DNA from: Nitrospirota bacterium | GTDB lineage: Bacteria > Nitrospirota > UBA9217 | DNA length: 64,000 nucleotides | Direction: 5' to 3' | Assembly: GCA_963663225.1 (NCBI GenBank) | Contig: OY760142.1 | Span: 3,040,001-3,104,000, forward strand | Shown here: one piece after another, positions 38,401-52,141 of the stretch | Numbering within the stretch: the stretch's first letter is position 1 | How the letters are laid out: each line of letters starts with the position of its first letter | The notes under the pieces: generated by a model | What the model was told of the DNA's origin: nothing | The model's database searches: none | What the model saw: only the letters and a program-made list of their open reading frames with translations | Position numbers and translations under genes: made by a program

Positions 38401-40842
38401 ATGATGTTTGAAAAATTTACAGAGCGCGGAAGAAAGGTAATTGTCTATGCACGCGAGGAAGCAGAGCGGCTGCAGAATGATTACCTCGGCACAGAGCATA
38501 TACTCCTAGGGACGCTCCGTGAGGAAGATGGAATTCCGGTTGCGGTCCTGCGAAAAATGGGCATTGACATCGATCAGATTCGCATTGAGGTCGAGCGCAA
38601 TCTCCCTTCAGGTGGAAATACGCTCACCTTCGGAGATATTCCGTTTACTCCCCGTGCCAAGAAAGTCCTCGAATATGCCGTTGAAGAAGCCAGACTTCTC
38701 GGACACAATTATATCGGCAGTGAACACCTCCTTCTCGGACTGATCCGTGAAGAAGAAGGTATTGGCGGAAAAATCCTTCGCAGCTTCGGTGTTAATCTGC
38801 TTGGTTCCCGTCAGCTTGTCATCAATTATCTTCGCCGGGCCGCCACACAGGTAAGTTCGAAAAAGAGCGCAACGCCGGCCTTGGACGAGTTCAGCAGAGA
38901 TCTAACCCAGCTGGCAAAAAATGGAAAGCTTGACCCGGTCATCGGACGTGATCACGAAATTGATCGGGTGCTGCAAATACTTTCACGAAGAACCAAAAAC
39001 AACCCGGTTATTATTGGGGAACCCGGCATCGGAAAAACCGCAATTGTTGAAGGGCTTGCACAAAGGATCATAAACACCGAGGTACCTGAAAACATAGCGA
39101 ATAAACGCGTGGTTTCCCTGGACCTTGGTGCTCTTATCGCCGGGACGAAGTACCGCGGCCAGTTCGAAGAACGCTTGAAAGTCGTCATGAAGGAAATCGT
39201 TCAGGCAGATAATATTATCCTGTTTATTGATGAGCTGCATACGTTGGTCGGAGCAGGAGCTGCAGAAGGTTCTATTGATGCTTCCAGTATGCTGAAACCG
39301 GCATTGTCCCGCGGAGAAATCCAATGTATCGGCGCTACCACGCTTGATGAATTCAGAAAGCATATTGAAAAAGACGGTGCACTCAAACGCCGCTTCCAGC
39401 CTATTTATGTGCAACCTCCCAGTCTGGACGAAACGATCAATATCATCAAAGGACTTCGTCCAAAATATGAGGCCCATCATAAGATAAAAATTGCCGATGA
39501 AGCCGTTGTTGCTGCGGCACGGCTTTCAGACCGGTATATTACCGATCGTTTTCTCCCTGACAAGGCAATCGACGTCATTGATGAGGCAGGTGCAAAAGCG
39601 AAGCTTCATCGGTATACGTATCCTGCAGAAATGAAATCCATCGAGAAAAAACTCAAAAAACTCGACCAGGAAAAAAATCTTTTCTCCAGAATTAAAGACT
39701 ACGTTCGCGTGGAATCCATCCACGAAGAAGAAGATCGTCTGCGTGAAGCTTTGGATGGAATCCATAAAGACTGGAAAGATTCACAAGAAAAAAATATCCC
39801 GACAATCAGCGAAGAAGACATCGCAGTAATTGTTTCCCATATCACCGGAATTCCCCTGTCCCGGCTTGAGGAAAAAGAAGCGTCCCGGCTTCTCCGCATG
39901 GAAGATGAACTGCACAAAAGAATCGTGGGCCAGGATGTTGCAATCGAGGCGGTATCGCGCGCAATACGCCGTTCACGGGTGGGCTTGAAAACCCGCAAGC
40001 AGCCTATTGGCTCTTTTATATTTCTCGGACCTACCGGAGTCGGGAAAACCGAATTGGCACGCTCGCTCGCAACATTCCTCTTCGATACTGAAGACGCCCT
40101 TATCCGCGTCGACATGTCGGAATATATGGAAAAATTCAGCTCGTCGCGCCTCGTCGGATCACCTCCCGGCTATGTGGGGTATGATGATGGCGGCCAGTTG
40201 ACGGAAAAAATCAGACGCCGGCCTTATTCTGTGGTGCTGTTCGATGAAATTGAAAAAGCACACCCAGACATCTTCAATATGCTTCTCCAGGTGCTTGATG
40301 ACGGTTTTATGACCGACAGCTTCGGGAGAAAAGTGGATTTCCGAAATACCATTATCATCATGACCTCTAATCTCGGCACCAGAATGATTGATAAGGAAAC
40401 ATCACTTGGGTTCCAGCAGCAAAGCATGAAGACGCAATACGACAAGATGAAAGACAATGTGATTTCCGAACTCAAAAAATCCTTTAACCCTGAGTTCCTT
40501 AACAGAATTGACGAAGTGGTCGTCTTCCATCCTCTTACCCAGGAGCATCTCTTCAAAATCGTTGATATGCTCGTGGCTGAGTTGAACACGCAGATGATGG
40601 TCGACAGAAGTATCCAACTCGAAGTCGCCCAGGAAGTAAAGGAATGGCTTATCCAGGAAAATTTCCAACCCACGTACGGCGCACGACCGATGAGACGCGC
40701 AGTGCAAAAGTATCTCGCGGATCCGCTTTCAGAAGATATCCTGAGAGGGCGTTTTAAGGATATCCATAAAGTACATGTGATACTGAGAGACGGCGGAGTT
40801 GAGTTCAGAGAAGAAGAACCCGCAGAGCTGGCCAAAGTTTAA
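38401..40842 (+). CDS. clpC: ATP-dependent Clp protease ATPase ClpC
   Basis: MFEKFTER double Clp-N domain; GEPGIGKT and GPTGVGKT Walker A motifs; short UVR-type middle domain; LGF ClpP-docking loop. Confidence 0.93.
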   Translation: MMFEKFTERGRKVIVYAREEAERLQNDYLGTEHILLGTLREEDGIPVAVLRKMGIDIDQIRIEVERNLPSGGNTLTFGDIPFTPRAKKVLEYAVEEARLLGHNYIGSEHLLLGLIREEEGIGGKILRSFGVNLLGSRQLVINYLRRAATQVSSKKSATPALDEFSRDLTQLAKNGKLDPVIGRDHEIDRVLQILSRRTKNNPVIIGEPGIGKTAIVEGLAQRIINTEVPENIANKRVVSLDLGALIAGTKYRGQFEERLKVVMKEIVQADNIILFIDELHTLVGAGAAEGSIDASSMLKPALSRGEIQCIGATTLDEFRKHIEKDGALKRRFQPIYVQPPSLDETINIIKGLRPKYEAHHKIKIADEAVVAAARLSDRYITDRFLPDKAIDVIDEAGAKAKLHRYTYPAEMKSIEKKLKKLDQEKNLFSRIKDYVRVESIHEEEDRLREALDGIHKDWKDSQEKNIPTISEEDIAVIVSHITGIPLSRLEEKEASRLLRMEDELHKRIVGQDVAIEAVSRAIRRSRVGLKTRKQPIGSFIFLGPTGVGKTELARSLATFLFDTEDALIRVDMSEYMEKFSSSRLVGSPPGYVGYDDGGQLTEKIRRRPYSVVLFDEIEKAHPDIFNMLLQVLDDGFMTDSFGRKVDFRNTIIIMTSNLGTRMIDKETSLGFQQQSMKTQYDKMKDNVISELKKSFNPEFLNRIDEVVVFHPLTQEHLFKIVDMLVAELNTQMMVDRSIQLEVAQEVKEWLIQENFQPTYGARPMRRAVQKYLADPLSEDILRGRFKDIHKVHVILRDGGVEFREEEPAELAKV

Positions 40843-40876
40843 AACAGTTTACGATCACCATTACAATAAACGATAT

Positions 40877-40916
40877 AAAAAACCCGGAAGACGCGATGTC
40901 ATCCGGTTTTTTTTTT
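40877..40916 (+). terminator. Intrinsic terminator of clpC
   Basis: CCGGA...TCCGG stem followed by T10. Confidence 0.75.
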
Positions 40917-41018
40917 AAATAGTTGTTGCGCGAATGGTATATGATCAGCATCCTACTCAAAGGCACTGAAAGCAAGCGGTATACAGCATATCAAATCCGG
41001 CTCTGGTTGTGACAAAAT

Positions 41019-41058
41019 AAAAAAGGAAATAGGAATTCATAACTGGCTCCTATTTCCT
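41019..41058 (-). terminator. Intrinsic terminator of pnp
   Basis: AGGAAATAGGA/TCCTATTTCCT stem with a U-tract on the minus strand. Confidence 0.75.
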
Positions 41059-41085
41059 CGTTTCTTACTGAATTTTACTACAGAA

Positions 41086-43185
41086 TTAATCTTTTGATCT
41101 TTCTTTTTCCCGCATGGCTTCTTTGCGCGACAACCGTATCTTGCCCTGCCGGTCGATTTCAAGGACCTTTACGAGAACTTCATCGCCTTCTTTGAGCTCA
41201 TCAGTCACTTTTTCAAGTCTGCGTTCGGATATCTGGGATATATGCAGAAGGCCATCAGTGCCGGGAAAAATCTCTACAAAAGCGCCAAAGTCCATAATTT
41301 TTCTGACTTTTCCCATATAGAGTTTTCCAACTTCTGCTTCCTGCACAATGCCTTTGATAATTTCTCTGGCCTTGTTCGCCGCGGCCTCGTCTGCGGAAGC
41401 AATATTAATTGTACCATCATCCTCTATATCGATTTTTGCGCCCGTTTGTTCCACAATACTGCGGATTACTTTTCCACCGCTCCCGATCACGTCCTTGATC
41501 TTATCCTGATTAATCTTCATGCTGATAATTCTGGGGGCAAAGGGATTCAGATTCTGCCTCGGTGCTGCGAGCGTTTCTATCATTTTCCCCAGAATATGCA
41601 GACGACCGTCTTTTGCCTGCTGCAGAGCGGTCCTCATAATGTCGGTGGTGATGCCTTCGATCTTCATGTCCATCTGCAGTGCGGTAATGCCCTGGCTGGT
41701 GCCCGTCACTTTAAAGTCCATATCGCCAAGGTGGTCTTCAAGGCCGAGAATATCAGAGAGAACAATTACCTTGTCGCCCTCTTTAATAAGCCCCATGGCG
41801 ATACCGGCAACAGGCGCTTTAATCGGAACCCCGGCATCCATAAGCGCAAGAGTGCCGCCGCAGACCGTTGCCATGGAAGAAGAACCATTGGATTCAAGAA
41901 TGTCGGAGACCAGACGTATTGTATACGGAAATTGCTGCTTTGTCGGGACCATCGGCTTGAGAGCCCTCTCCGCGAGCGCTCCATGGCCGACTTCCCTTCT
42001 TCCCGGTCCCCGCAGAGGTTTGGTTTCCCCCACACTAAACGGGGGGAAATTATAATGGAGCATAAAAGTCTTGAAATATTCACCTTCCAACGAGTCTATT
42101 CTCTGCTCGTCTTCCGATGTGCCGAGTGTGGCCACGACTAACGCCTGGGTCTCGCCACGGGTGAAGAGCGCCGACCCGTGTGTGCGCGGAAGAAGGCCCA
42201 CCGTGGAGCTTATCGGTCGTATTTCTCTGGGTTTTCTTCCATCTGCGCGAATATTTTTTTCCAGAATAATCTTCCGGACTTCATCTTTTTCAATATTAAA
42301 AAAAATGGTTGATATTTGAAGATTTCTTGTAGGATCATCCTCTTTTTTCAGCTTCTGCTTTATTTCTTCGAGAAGAGCATCCAGGGTTTTCTGCCGTTCC
42401 ATTTTATTAGGAATTACAATGGAACTTCTCAGGCGCTCCATGGCCAAGGCCGCCACCTGTTCTGCAAGGTCTTTGTCAATTTCAACGGTCTTGACCGTCC
42501 GTTTTGGGTGGCCAACTTTCGCTACAAGTTCATTCTGAAGCGCTACTATTTTTTTGATTTCAACATGTGCCAGCTCGAGCGCTTCAAGCATCTGAGCTTC
42601 CGTCAGTTCGGCAGCTCCGCCTTCGACCATCATGATTGCATCAGCGGTACCTGCAACCACAAGGTTAAGGCTGGTCGATTCCAGTTCTTTTTGGCCCGGA
42701 TTAACAATGAATTTTCCTTCAACCAATCCCATCCGAACAGCACCGACGGGGCCGTTAAAGGGAATATCGGAAATCGAGATGGCGGCAGAAGATGCAATCA
42801 TTCCCATAAGATCCATGGAGCTCTCGTCACCTATGGAAAGAACGGATGCAATAATCTGCGTATCGAAAAAATACCCGTCAGGAAATAACGGTCTGATAGG
42901 TCTGTCAATAAGCCGCGATGTCAGGACTTCCTTCTCACTCTGCCTTCCCTCGCGCTTAAAAAAACCGCCCGGAATTCTTCCTGCGGAATAGGCTTTTTCC
43001 TGGTAGTCTACTGTCAGCGGTAAAAAATCGACGTTCTCCCGTTCAACTTTAGAGGCAACTGCCGTTGACAGAACCACGGTGTCACCATATTTAGCGACGA
43101 CGGCGCCGCTGGCCTGTTTGGCCATAAGTCCTGTTTCAAGGATCAGCCGTTTACCACCAATTACTGTTTCTACTGTTGTAACCAT
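41086..43185 (-). CDS. pnp: Polyribonucleotide nucleotidyltransferase
   Basis: FLPLTVDY, RLIDRPIRP, FTRGETQ, ESNGSSSMA and EDHLGDMDFK motifs; KH and S1 domains. Confidence 0.98.
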   Translation of the reverse strand: MVTTVETVIGGKRLILETGLMAKQASGAVVAKYGDTVVLSTAVASKVERENVDFLPLTVDYQEKAYSAGRIPGGFFKREGRQSEKEVLTSRLIDRPIRPLFPDGYFFDTQIIASVLSIGDESSMDLMGMIASSAAISISDIPFNGPVGAVRMGLVEGKFIVNPGQKELESTSLNLVVAGTADAIMMVEGGAAELTEAQMLEALELAHVEIKKIVALQNELVAKVGHPKRTVKTVEIDKDLAEQVAALAMERLRSSIVIPNKMERQKTLDALLEEIKQKLKKEDDPTRNLQISTIFFNIEKDEVRKIILEKNIRADGRKPREIRPISSTVGLLPRTHGSALFTRGETQALVVATLGTSEDEQRIDSLEGEYFKTFMLHYNFPPFSVGETKPLRGPGRREVGHGALAERALKPMVPTKQQFPYTIRLVSDILESNGSSSMATVCGGTLALMDAGVPIKAPVAGIAMGLIKEGDKVIVLSDILGLEDHLGDMDFKVTGTSQGITALQMDMKIEGITTDIMRTALQQAKDGRLHILGKMIETLAAPRQNLNPFAPRIISMKINQDKIKDVIGSGGKVIRSIVEQTGAKIDIEDDGTINIASADEAAANKAREIIKGIVQEAEVGKLYMGKVRKIMDFGAFVEIFPGTDGLLHISQISERRLEKVTDELKEGDEVLVKVLEIDRQGKIRLSRKEAMREKERSKD

Positions 43186-43218
43186 GAAACCTCACTCTTC
43201 TTCTAATTTGTTGTAATG

Positions 43219-43482
43219 TTACTTTCTGATACCGAGTTGGTCAATGACCTGACGGTAACGGTCCAGATTATTTTTCTTCAGGTAATCCAGATGACGACGA
43301 CGCTGGCCGACCATTTTCAGAAGACCTCTCCGTGAGTGATGGTCTTGTTTATGGGTCTGCAAATGTTCCGTCAGATGATTGATGCGACCACTCAGAATCG
43401 CAATCTGTACTTCCGGAGAACCCGTGTCTGAAGCATGCCTGCGATAATTTGTGATCAGACCGGCTTTTTGTTCCTTATCCAT
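43219..43482 (-). CDS. rpsO: 30S ribosomal protein S15
   Basis: [10 protein letters not shown] and [12 protein letters not shown] motifs; AAGGAGG SD before ATG 43482. Confidence 0.98.
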   Translation of the reverse strand: MDKEQKAGLITNYRRHASDTGSPEVQIAILSGRINHLTEHLQTHKQDHHSRRGLLKMVGQRRRHLDYLKKNNLDRYRQVIDQLGIRK

Positions 43483-43558
43483 AACCGCACCCTCCTTTCT
43501 TCCAATGCTTTTAAAACAAGACAAAATATCATATTTACAGTACGTTGTAAAGCATTAT

Positions 43559-44458
43559 TCACGGGCTTTCTGAAAAAACCAATACGGGCTTGAGCAGTCC
43601 TGCACTGCTCTTGGCAAGAGCCACAAGCCTGCCGGAAGAGTCTTGAAGTCTGAAAAAGGTGTTTGTTTCATTATGATTCGCAGGACAAGCAATCTGATTA
43701 CCATGCTGAATCCTTCCGGATTCTTTCTCTGAAAGCAACACTTGAGGAAATTCTCCGAGTGCATCGCTGACAGATATGAGTAAATTCCGGATTTGTGAAA
43801 AATCATCAATATTCTCAAGCTGTTCAAGCGTTATCGCTTGTTGAATACTGAAATGGCCTGACCGGGTTCTTTCTAATTCTATAAGATGAGCGCCCATGCC
43901 AAGCGCCTCACCGATATCAGAACACAATGTCCTCACATATGTTCCGCGCGAGCACCTGACCGAAAAGGATACAAACGGATCATCATACGATCTCAGCTCG
44001 AGATTATAAATTTGCACCGGACGCGGCGAGAGCGGCTTCGCCTTTCCTTCCCGTGCCAATTTGTATGACGGAATCCCATCGACTTTAAGAGCCGAATACA
44101 CCGGCGGTTGCTGCATAAGAGGACCGGTGAAATTTTCCATAACTTCGATGATTTTGTTTCTGTCCAAGGGGAGATATGCTCTCCTGCCTGTTATCCGGCC
44201 ATCTGCATCAAGGGTGTCCGTCGTGACTCCCAACCGCATTACCGCCCTGTATTCTTTTTCCCCTGCCTCTATATATTGAGCGATTCTGGTTGCCTTGCCT
44301 ACACACAGGACAAGCACCCCGGTTGCAAGAGGATCAAGTGTGCCCGTGTGGCCGACCCGCATTTTTTTGAATATTCTGCGCACTCTTATAACGACATCAT
44401 GCGATGTCAGCCGGGGTGGTTTGTTGATATTAAGGACTCCGTCAATTGACGATATCAT
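43559..44458 (-). CDS. truB: tRNA pseudouridine(55) synthase
   Basis: TSHDVV, GHTGTLDPLATGVL and CSRGTYVRTL motifs. Confidence 0.97.
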   Translation of the reverse strand: MISSIDGVLNINKPPRLTSHDVVIRVRRIFKKMRVGHTGTLDPLATGVLVLCVGKATRIAQYIEAGEKEYRAVMRLGVTTDTLDADGRITGRRAYLPLDRNKIIEVMENFTGPLMQQPPVYSALKVDGIPSYKLAREGKAKPLSPRPVQIYNLELRSYDDPFVSFSVRCSRGTYVRTLCSDIGEALGMGAHLIELERTRSGHFSIQQAITLEQLENIDDFSQIRNLLISVSDALGEFPQVLLSEKESGRIQHGNQIACPANHNETNTFFRLQDSSGRLVALAKSSAGLLKPVLVFSESP

Positions 44459-45431
44459 GCATCGTTCCCAGCTGCGCAGAAACTGTTTTCTCAAGGTCGC
44501 TGATGACCCGGTTTTTTACTTCTTCGAGTGCTCCGTTCAGCGTGCCTCCGGCAGCATTTTTATGACCGCCGCCGCCAAAAGACTGTGCCAAATGAGAAAG
44601 ATCAACCCGCCCTTTCGAACGAAGGCTTATTTTATACCGTGCTGTTTCCACCTGTCTGAACAAAACGGCAACTTCCACCCCTTTGATCGACCGCACGAAA
44701 TTTACAAAATTATCGGTATCTTCGCTTGTTGTTCCTGTTTGCCGATACAGATCATCGGTAATGACTACCCATGCTATCCTTCCGTCCTTGCTGCGCTCCA
44801 GGGCGGAAAGGACAATGCCGAGTAATTTCAACCGGCGGTATGCGAATGACTCATACACATTTTCTGTTACAAGCCAGGGGTCTGCCCCCGCCTCAAGCAA
44901 GGTTGCAGAAATTCTCATGCTTTCCGGAGTAGTATTGGAATAGCGGAAAGAACCGGTATCAGTAAAGATGGCAGTATACAAGCAGAGTGCGATATCACGG
45001 TCAAGGGTTATCCCAAGTCCAAGAATGAGCTTATAGACCATCTCACCGGTGGCTGACGCTTTCGGATCCAGCCACGTGTGGGGCCAGACGGATTGATTCG
45101 TCACATGGTGGTCTATATTAACAAGCACCTTTGCCGGCGGAGGATTGTCAAAGAGTGCGGTCCTCGCAGGATCGGCGTCAAGCACGATACAAACGTCATA
45201 TTCACCGGGCACACGAGTTCCTGTTTGTATCTCGTCAGCATGCGGCAAAAACCTGTAAAACTCAGGCACCGGATCCGCGTTAAACGCAGTAACGGTTTTC
45301 TGCAATTTTCTCAGGGCAAGCATGAGTGCGAGCTGGGAACCGAGTGCATCACCGTCTGGATTGACATGTACAGAAATCAAAACGCTGCTGCATCGTTTCA
45401 GCCTTTCTATGATCCCCGCAAGATCATTCAT
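44442..45431 (-). CDS. nrnA: DHH family oligoribonuclease/pAp phosphatase
   Basis: [20 protein letters not shown] and GGGGH motifs; position between rbfA and truB. Confidence 0.9.
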   Translation of the reverse strand: MNDLAGIIERLKRCSSVLISVHVNPDGDALGSQLALMLALRKLQKTVTAFNADPVPEFYRFLPHADEIQTGTRVPGEYDVCIVLDADPARTALFDNPPPAKVLVNIDHHVTNQSVWPHTWLDPKASATGEMVYKLILGLGITLDRDIALCLYTAIFTDTGSFRYSNTTPESMRISATLLEAGADPWLVTENVYESFAYRRLKLLGIVLSALERSKDGRIAWVVITDDLYRQTGTTSEDTDNFVNFVRSIKGVEVAVLFRQVETARYKISLRSKGRVDLSHLAQSFGGGGHKNAAGGTLNGALEEVKNRVISDLEKTVSAQLGTMHDIVN

Positions 45432-45801
45432 GTTCCTTGTCCTTTTTCTCTTTGTCCTCGCGTTCAATTTCCCGCAGAAGCTCCATGATATGGGCTCCCT
45501 GTTCCACGGTATTGTCGAATCGGAACAAAAGTTCCGGCACAAATTTCAAGCGCATCCGCTTGCCCAACTCGGCGCGAATGAAGGCGGAAGCGCTCCTTAA
45601 TCCTGCAAGTGACTTCTCCTTATCGCTCCCGTAGATACTTACAAAAACTTTTGCATTCTTGAGATCATCTGTCACTTCTACATCGGTAATCGTGACGAAT
45701 CCGATTCTCGGGTCCTTGATTTTACGCATCAGAATGTCAGCGATTTCCTGTTTCATCTGATCGCTGACACGTTCAGCTCTTTTAAAAGTCGGTTTTGACA
45801 T
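45424..45801 (-). CDS. rbfA: Ribosome-binding factor A
   Basis: [23 protein letters not shown] and PELLFRFD motifs. Confidence 0.97.
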   Translation of the reverse strand: MSKPTFKRAERVSDQMKQEIADILMRKIKDPRIGFVTITDVEVTDDLKNAKVFVSIYGSDKEKSLAGLRSASAFIRAELGKRMRLKFVPELLFRFDNTVEQGAHIMELLREIEREDKEKKDKEHE

Positions 45802-45895
45802 GGTAATTAGAAAGTCAGGGGCGGACAGGTTGAGTCAGGCATAGCGGCGACAGTCATAAGCGCTGTGCCCAGTGCTGACCATAGGCCCTTGATCC

Positions 45896-46177
45896 TCAGA
45901 AAATCTCAATATGATAATCCAGCAGGCTTATTTCCGGCACACCACGAACCATGTTCAAAACATGGTCCAGCGTCTGGTTAAGGTGGGATTTATCATTGCT
46001 AACTGCCGCTACTGCAAGTGATGCTTTCTGCCAGAGATCGTTGTCTTCTATCTCTGCCACGGAAACATTGAATTTATTTCGTATCCTGTCCTTCAAGCTG
46101 CGGAGAGAGTGCCTTTTTGTTTTCAGTGAGCCGCTTTCCGGAACATGTATTTCGATGGTACAAACGCCAATGAACAT
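45896..46177 (-). CDS. DUF503 (YlxP-like) protein
   Basis: SLK.KR...KFNVSVAEI...DLWQ motif; position between infB and rbfA. Confidence 0.9.
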   Translation of the reverse strand: MFIGVCTIEIHVPESGSLKTKRHSLRSLKDRIRNKFNVSVAEIEDNDLWQKASLAVAAVSNDKSHLNQTLDHVLNMVRGVPEISLLDYHIEIF

Positions 46178-46244
46178 GACTGTTACACTTTAAAAAGCTG
46201 TTGAATTTCAGCAGCGTGTTTCGGCAAATTCGAAGATTTTTTTA

Positions 46245-48827
<2,583 letters not shown>

Positions 48828-48903
48828 AAAAGCACATACCCCCGAAAGGTCATTAATAATAATTTGATTATTGTACTCTACTCACTCGTATTTATCAAGC
48901 CTT

Positions 48904-49509
48904 TTAATGCTGACGGTCATTCCGTTGCAGCACGTTTAATCTTTCCGTTTCCTGTGTGAGCGCACGGGCAAAACCCTTGTCCTGGATCGCAATCACACCT
49001 ACCAACTCCCGATTGAGAAGACTGCCGAATTTGTCGCGGGTAAACAGGGTCGCATGGGGAACTGTTGTATTTAAAATCGCCACGGATTCCCTGGTATTCC
49101 CGGAGATGTCCTGCGCAAACAACAGCATTTCAACAGTCTCTTTTTCAACTGCGTCCTTCACTGCTGAATAGCCTGCAGCCAGTTTACCTGCTTTTGCCGA
49201 CATGGCAATAAGCGACTCTATTCTTTCTTCAATACGGATGACAAGCCCTGCAATAAAGTCATCGTAAGAAGGTGTCTTGACTTTGAGACGAAGCGCCTTA
49301 GACAGATGATCCTTGCTGAGTGCATTTCTGATACACTCAGTCCGGGGACAAACATAAACGGCACGCCCCGGTAATTTTTCCCGGTAGTCAATGACAAGTC
49401 CTGATTGGCCTGATACAGATGGCGCCCCTTCGGCCACAATCCTGACCACTTCGCCTTTCTTAAATATGCTCCGGCATCCAATGCACGTTCTCTCTGGTTG
49501 ATGTTTCAT
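48904..49509 (-). CDS. Fused YlxR (DUF448) and L7Ae (YlxQ-like) RNA-binding protein
   Basis: PERTCIGCR...GRAVYVC...C followed by KAGKLAAG..AV and LLFAQD L7Ae-like half. Confidence 0.85.
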   Translation of the reverse strand: MKHQPERTCIGCRSIFKKGEVVRIVAEGAPSVSGQSGLVIDYREKLPGRAVYVCPRTECIRNALSKDHLSKALRLKVKTPSYDDFIAGLVIRIEERIESLIAMSAKAGKLAAGYSAVKDAVEKETVEMLLFAQDISGNTRESVAILNTTVPHATLFTRDKFGSLLNRELVGVIAIQDKGFARALTQETERLNVLQRNDRQH

Positions 49510-49578
49510 GGCCGTTTAAAACCCATGCTGCCGATATCAGGTATCACGTCGTTCATGCCGAATTTTCATCAAGAGCGG

Positions 49579-50937
49579 TTATTGCTGCAGCAATGCCCGT
49601 GCCGCCAGAAGTATCTTTTGAGCCGTTTTTTCACCAATGCCGGGGACTGCTAAAATTTCCTCATCCGACATTGCGGCAATTTTTTCAACCGTATCATAGC
49701 CCGCCTGTCTGAGTTGTTCGGCGGTCTTGGGCCCTACTCCGTCTATGAGAGTCAAGTCCTTTCCCGCGGCAAGGCTATTATCCTCAGCTGGGGATTCTGT
49801 TTCTGTCGTCCCCACACCTTCTGGTTCTTCATCCATCTCCCGCCGTTTCCGGGTTTCTTCAACAATAGCCGCTTCTATTTCCTGCTCGCGCTCTTTCTGG
49901 CGCTCCTGATCGTATTCGGATTCGCTCAAAATATCTATTTTCCAACCGGTAAGCTTTGCCGCAAGCCTGACATTCTGACCTTTTTTCCCGATGGCGAGCG
50001 AGAGTTGGGAATCGGCCACAACCGCCAGTGCCGAACGGTCTTCCTCAGTGACGCCTACTTTTTCCACCACGGCGGGACTTAATGCTTTGGCAATAAAAAT
50101 GCGCGGATCTTCCGACCAGGGAATAATATCGATTTTTTCACCACGAAGTTCCCGAACCACCGCCTGCACCCGCGAGCCTTTCATGCCGACACAGGCACCC
50201 ACCGGATCCACCTGAGCGTCCTTGGTACTGACGGCAATCTTGGTCCGGTCTCCTGCCTCGCGCACCACCCCTTTGACTTCGACGATATTTTCGTATATTT
50301 CAGGTACTTCCATTTCAAACAATTTAGATACGAATTCCGGATGTGCCCGGGAAAGCACCACCTGCGGTCCTTTGGACGTGTCCCGAACTTCGAGTACGTA
50401 CGCTCTGACGCGATCTCCTCTCCGGTAGTTTTCACGCTGTACCTGCTCACGAGCAGGCAACACGGCTTCCGTTTTTCCGAGATCAATATAATACGCTCCC
50501 TTTTCATGACGAAGAACAATGCCGTTCACAAGCTGGCCTATTTTGTCATTGAACTCCTTCAGAATAACGTCTCGCTCCGCTTCACGCACCTTTTGGACGA
50601 TAACCTGCCGTGCAGTCTGGGCGGCAATTCTGCCGAATCCCTGGAACTCCACCTGTAACGGAACTTCTCCGTCCATCTGCGCATCAGGGAACAGCGCCTG
50701 CGCGTCTTCCAGAGTAATTTCCTCTTCAGGGTTTGCAATGACAGGTACGACCTTCTTATAGGCATACATGATAATATCACCGCGTTTGGGATCGATCTGT
50801 ACGGCAATTCTTTGTGCGCCGTACCTTTTCTTTGCGGCACTTACAAGGGCAGATTCAACCGCTTCAATCACCATCTCCTTTGAAATCCCTTTTTCCTTGC
50901 TGATCTGATCGATTACCTGAATTAATTCTTGACTCAT
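49579..50937 (-). CDS. nusA: Transcription elongation factor NusA
   Basis: FGRIAAQTARQ, REAGDRTKIAV, GACVGMKGSRV and SLAIGKKGQNVRLA motifs; C-terminal HhH repeats. Confidence 0.98.
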   Translation of the reverse strand: MSQELIQVIDQISKEKGISKEMVIEAVESALVSAAKKRYGAQRIAVQIDPKRGDIIMYAYKKVVPVIANPEEEITLEDAQALFPDAQMDGEVPLQVEFQGFGRIAAQTARQVIVQKVREAERDVILKEFNDKIGQLVNGIVLRHEKGAYYIDLGKTEAVLPAREQVQRENYRRGDRVRAYVLEVRDTSKGPQVVLSRAHPEFVSKLFEMEVPEIYENIVEVKGVVREAGDRTKIAVSTKDAQVDPVGACVGMKGSRVQAVVRELRGEKIDIIPWSEDPRIFIAKALSPAVVEKVGVTEEDRSALAVVADSQLSLAIGKKGQNVRLAAKLTGWKIDILSESEYDQERQKEREQEIEAAIVEETRKRREMDEEPEGVGTTETESPAEDNSLAAGKDLTLIDGVGPKTAEQLRQAGYDTVEKIAAMSDEEILAVPGIGEKTAQKILLAARALLQQ

Positions 50938-50998
50938 AGCCAATTGTCCTCCTGCAGAATCTTTTATATAAAAATAATGAATAAAGTCTTTGTCCCAG

Positions 50999-51460
50999 TT
51001 ACAGCACCACCTCAAGAGAGGCTTTCGCAACCGTACTCAACATAATCTCTAATAGAGTCCCATCCTCCAGCTCGAGACTAATTTTGTTTTCAGTCATACC
51101 GAGCAGTTTTCCCCGGAAAACCTTTTGTCCGTTGATTTGCTGATACGTTTTAACTTTTATCATGCTTCCGAAAAATCTTGCGAAATGTTCCGGCCTCGTC
51201 AGACTGCGATCAAGACCCGGCGAAGAGACTTCCAAGACATACGAATGGGTGATAACGTCTTCAACGTCAAGGAGGGCGCTCAGATCCCTGCTCACCGCCT
51301 CGCAGTCGTTCAGCGTTACACCGCCCTGTTCCCGGTCAATGTACACTCTCAGAAGCCATTTCGGACCTTGTTGCTGGAATTCCAGATCCCAGAGAACTAG
51401 CCCCAGAGATTCCAGAATAGGGACGAGCAACTGCCGTATCTGCTCCACAACCTTTGACAC
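50999..51460 (-). CDS. rimP: Ribosome maturation factor RimP
   Basis: LRVYID, DC..VSR and YVLEVSSPGLDR motifs; GTG start after AGGAG SD. Confidence 0.96.
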   Translation of the reverse strand: MSKVVEQIRQLLVPILESLGLVLWDLEFQQQGPKWLLRVYIDREQGGVTLNDCEAVSRDLSALLDVEDVITHSYVLEVSSPGLDRSLTRPEHFARFFGSMIKVKTYQQINGQKVFRGKLLGMTENKISLELEDGTLLEIMLSTVAKASLEVVL

Positions 51461-51476
51461 GTCTTTTCTCCTAAAC

Positions 51477-51507
51477 AAAAAGAGTGGGCAATAAATGCCC
51501 ACTCTTT
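51477..51507 (-). promoter_or_regulatory. rimP leader hairpin/terminator
   Basis: AAAGAGTGGGCA-loop-TGCCCACTCTTT plus U-tract just upstream of rimP; GGGC...GCCC core typical of rimP-nusA leaders. Confidence 0.75.
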
Positions 51508-51581
51508 GAGAGTTTTCCCAGAGTGTTGAGTATCTTGTAGCATAACAGAACAAGGAATGCAAGTAAAAAATGGCTCGTTGC

Positions 51582-52070
51582 TCAATATTCCGGCGGGATG
51601 TCACCCGTACGTGCCCTGCGGTACCATTCCAGAAACTGTACCGTAGCGGGGTCCCCTTCCGGAGGGGCCCAGGCCGCAAGATTGGTCTCAGCGAGAGGGA
51701 CATACGGCCCCTGCTTTACCTCGAAAACAACCGTATTTGTTTCCAGCGATATCGGAGCATGCCAGGTATTCGAGGGAAATTCAACAGCCCGTGTTTTCCC
51801 ATCGGCAGTCAAAACCGCACGGTCAAAGACTTTTCCTGTGTCATCAAAAAAAAGGATTACAGCAGACCCCCGCAGGATCATGAGTATTTCCCAGGTTTCC
51901 GGATCTGAGTGCCGGTGCGGCCGGACATAGGTGTCCGGTTCCATGGCAATGCACAGCCGCTGTACCGGATCACCCAATTCAGGATGAAAATTATGGTGAG
52001 CCCGCTTGCGTGTTGAGTCCTTTGCCTTGCCGGAGAGCGAGTCTAACAGTATTGTATCGATCAGTTTCAC
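51582..52070 (-). CDS. WbuC family cupin-fold metalloprotein
   Basis: RKRAHHNFH, VQR, YVRPHRH, TWH and FEVKQGPY motifs. Confidence 0.88.
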   Translation of the reverse strand: MKLIDTILLDSLSGKAKDSTRKRAHHNFHPELGDPVQRLCIAMEPDTYVRPHRHSDPETWEILMILRGSAVILFFDDTGKVFDRAVLTADGKTRAVEFPSNTWHAPISLETNTVVFEVKQGPYVPLAETNLAAWAPPEGDPATVQFLEWYRRARTGDIPPEY

Positions 52071-52141
52071 GAGTCTATATCTCCACTTTCAGGATCCAAA
52101 ATTAAAGAAAATACGTTTAGAAAAAGGATTTATCGGAATAT

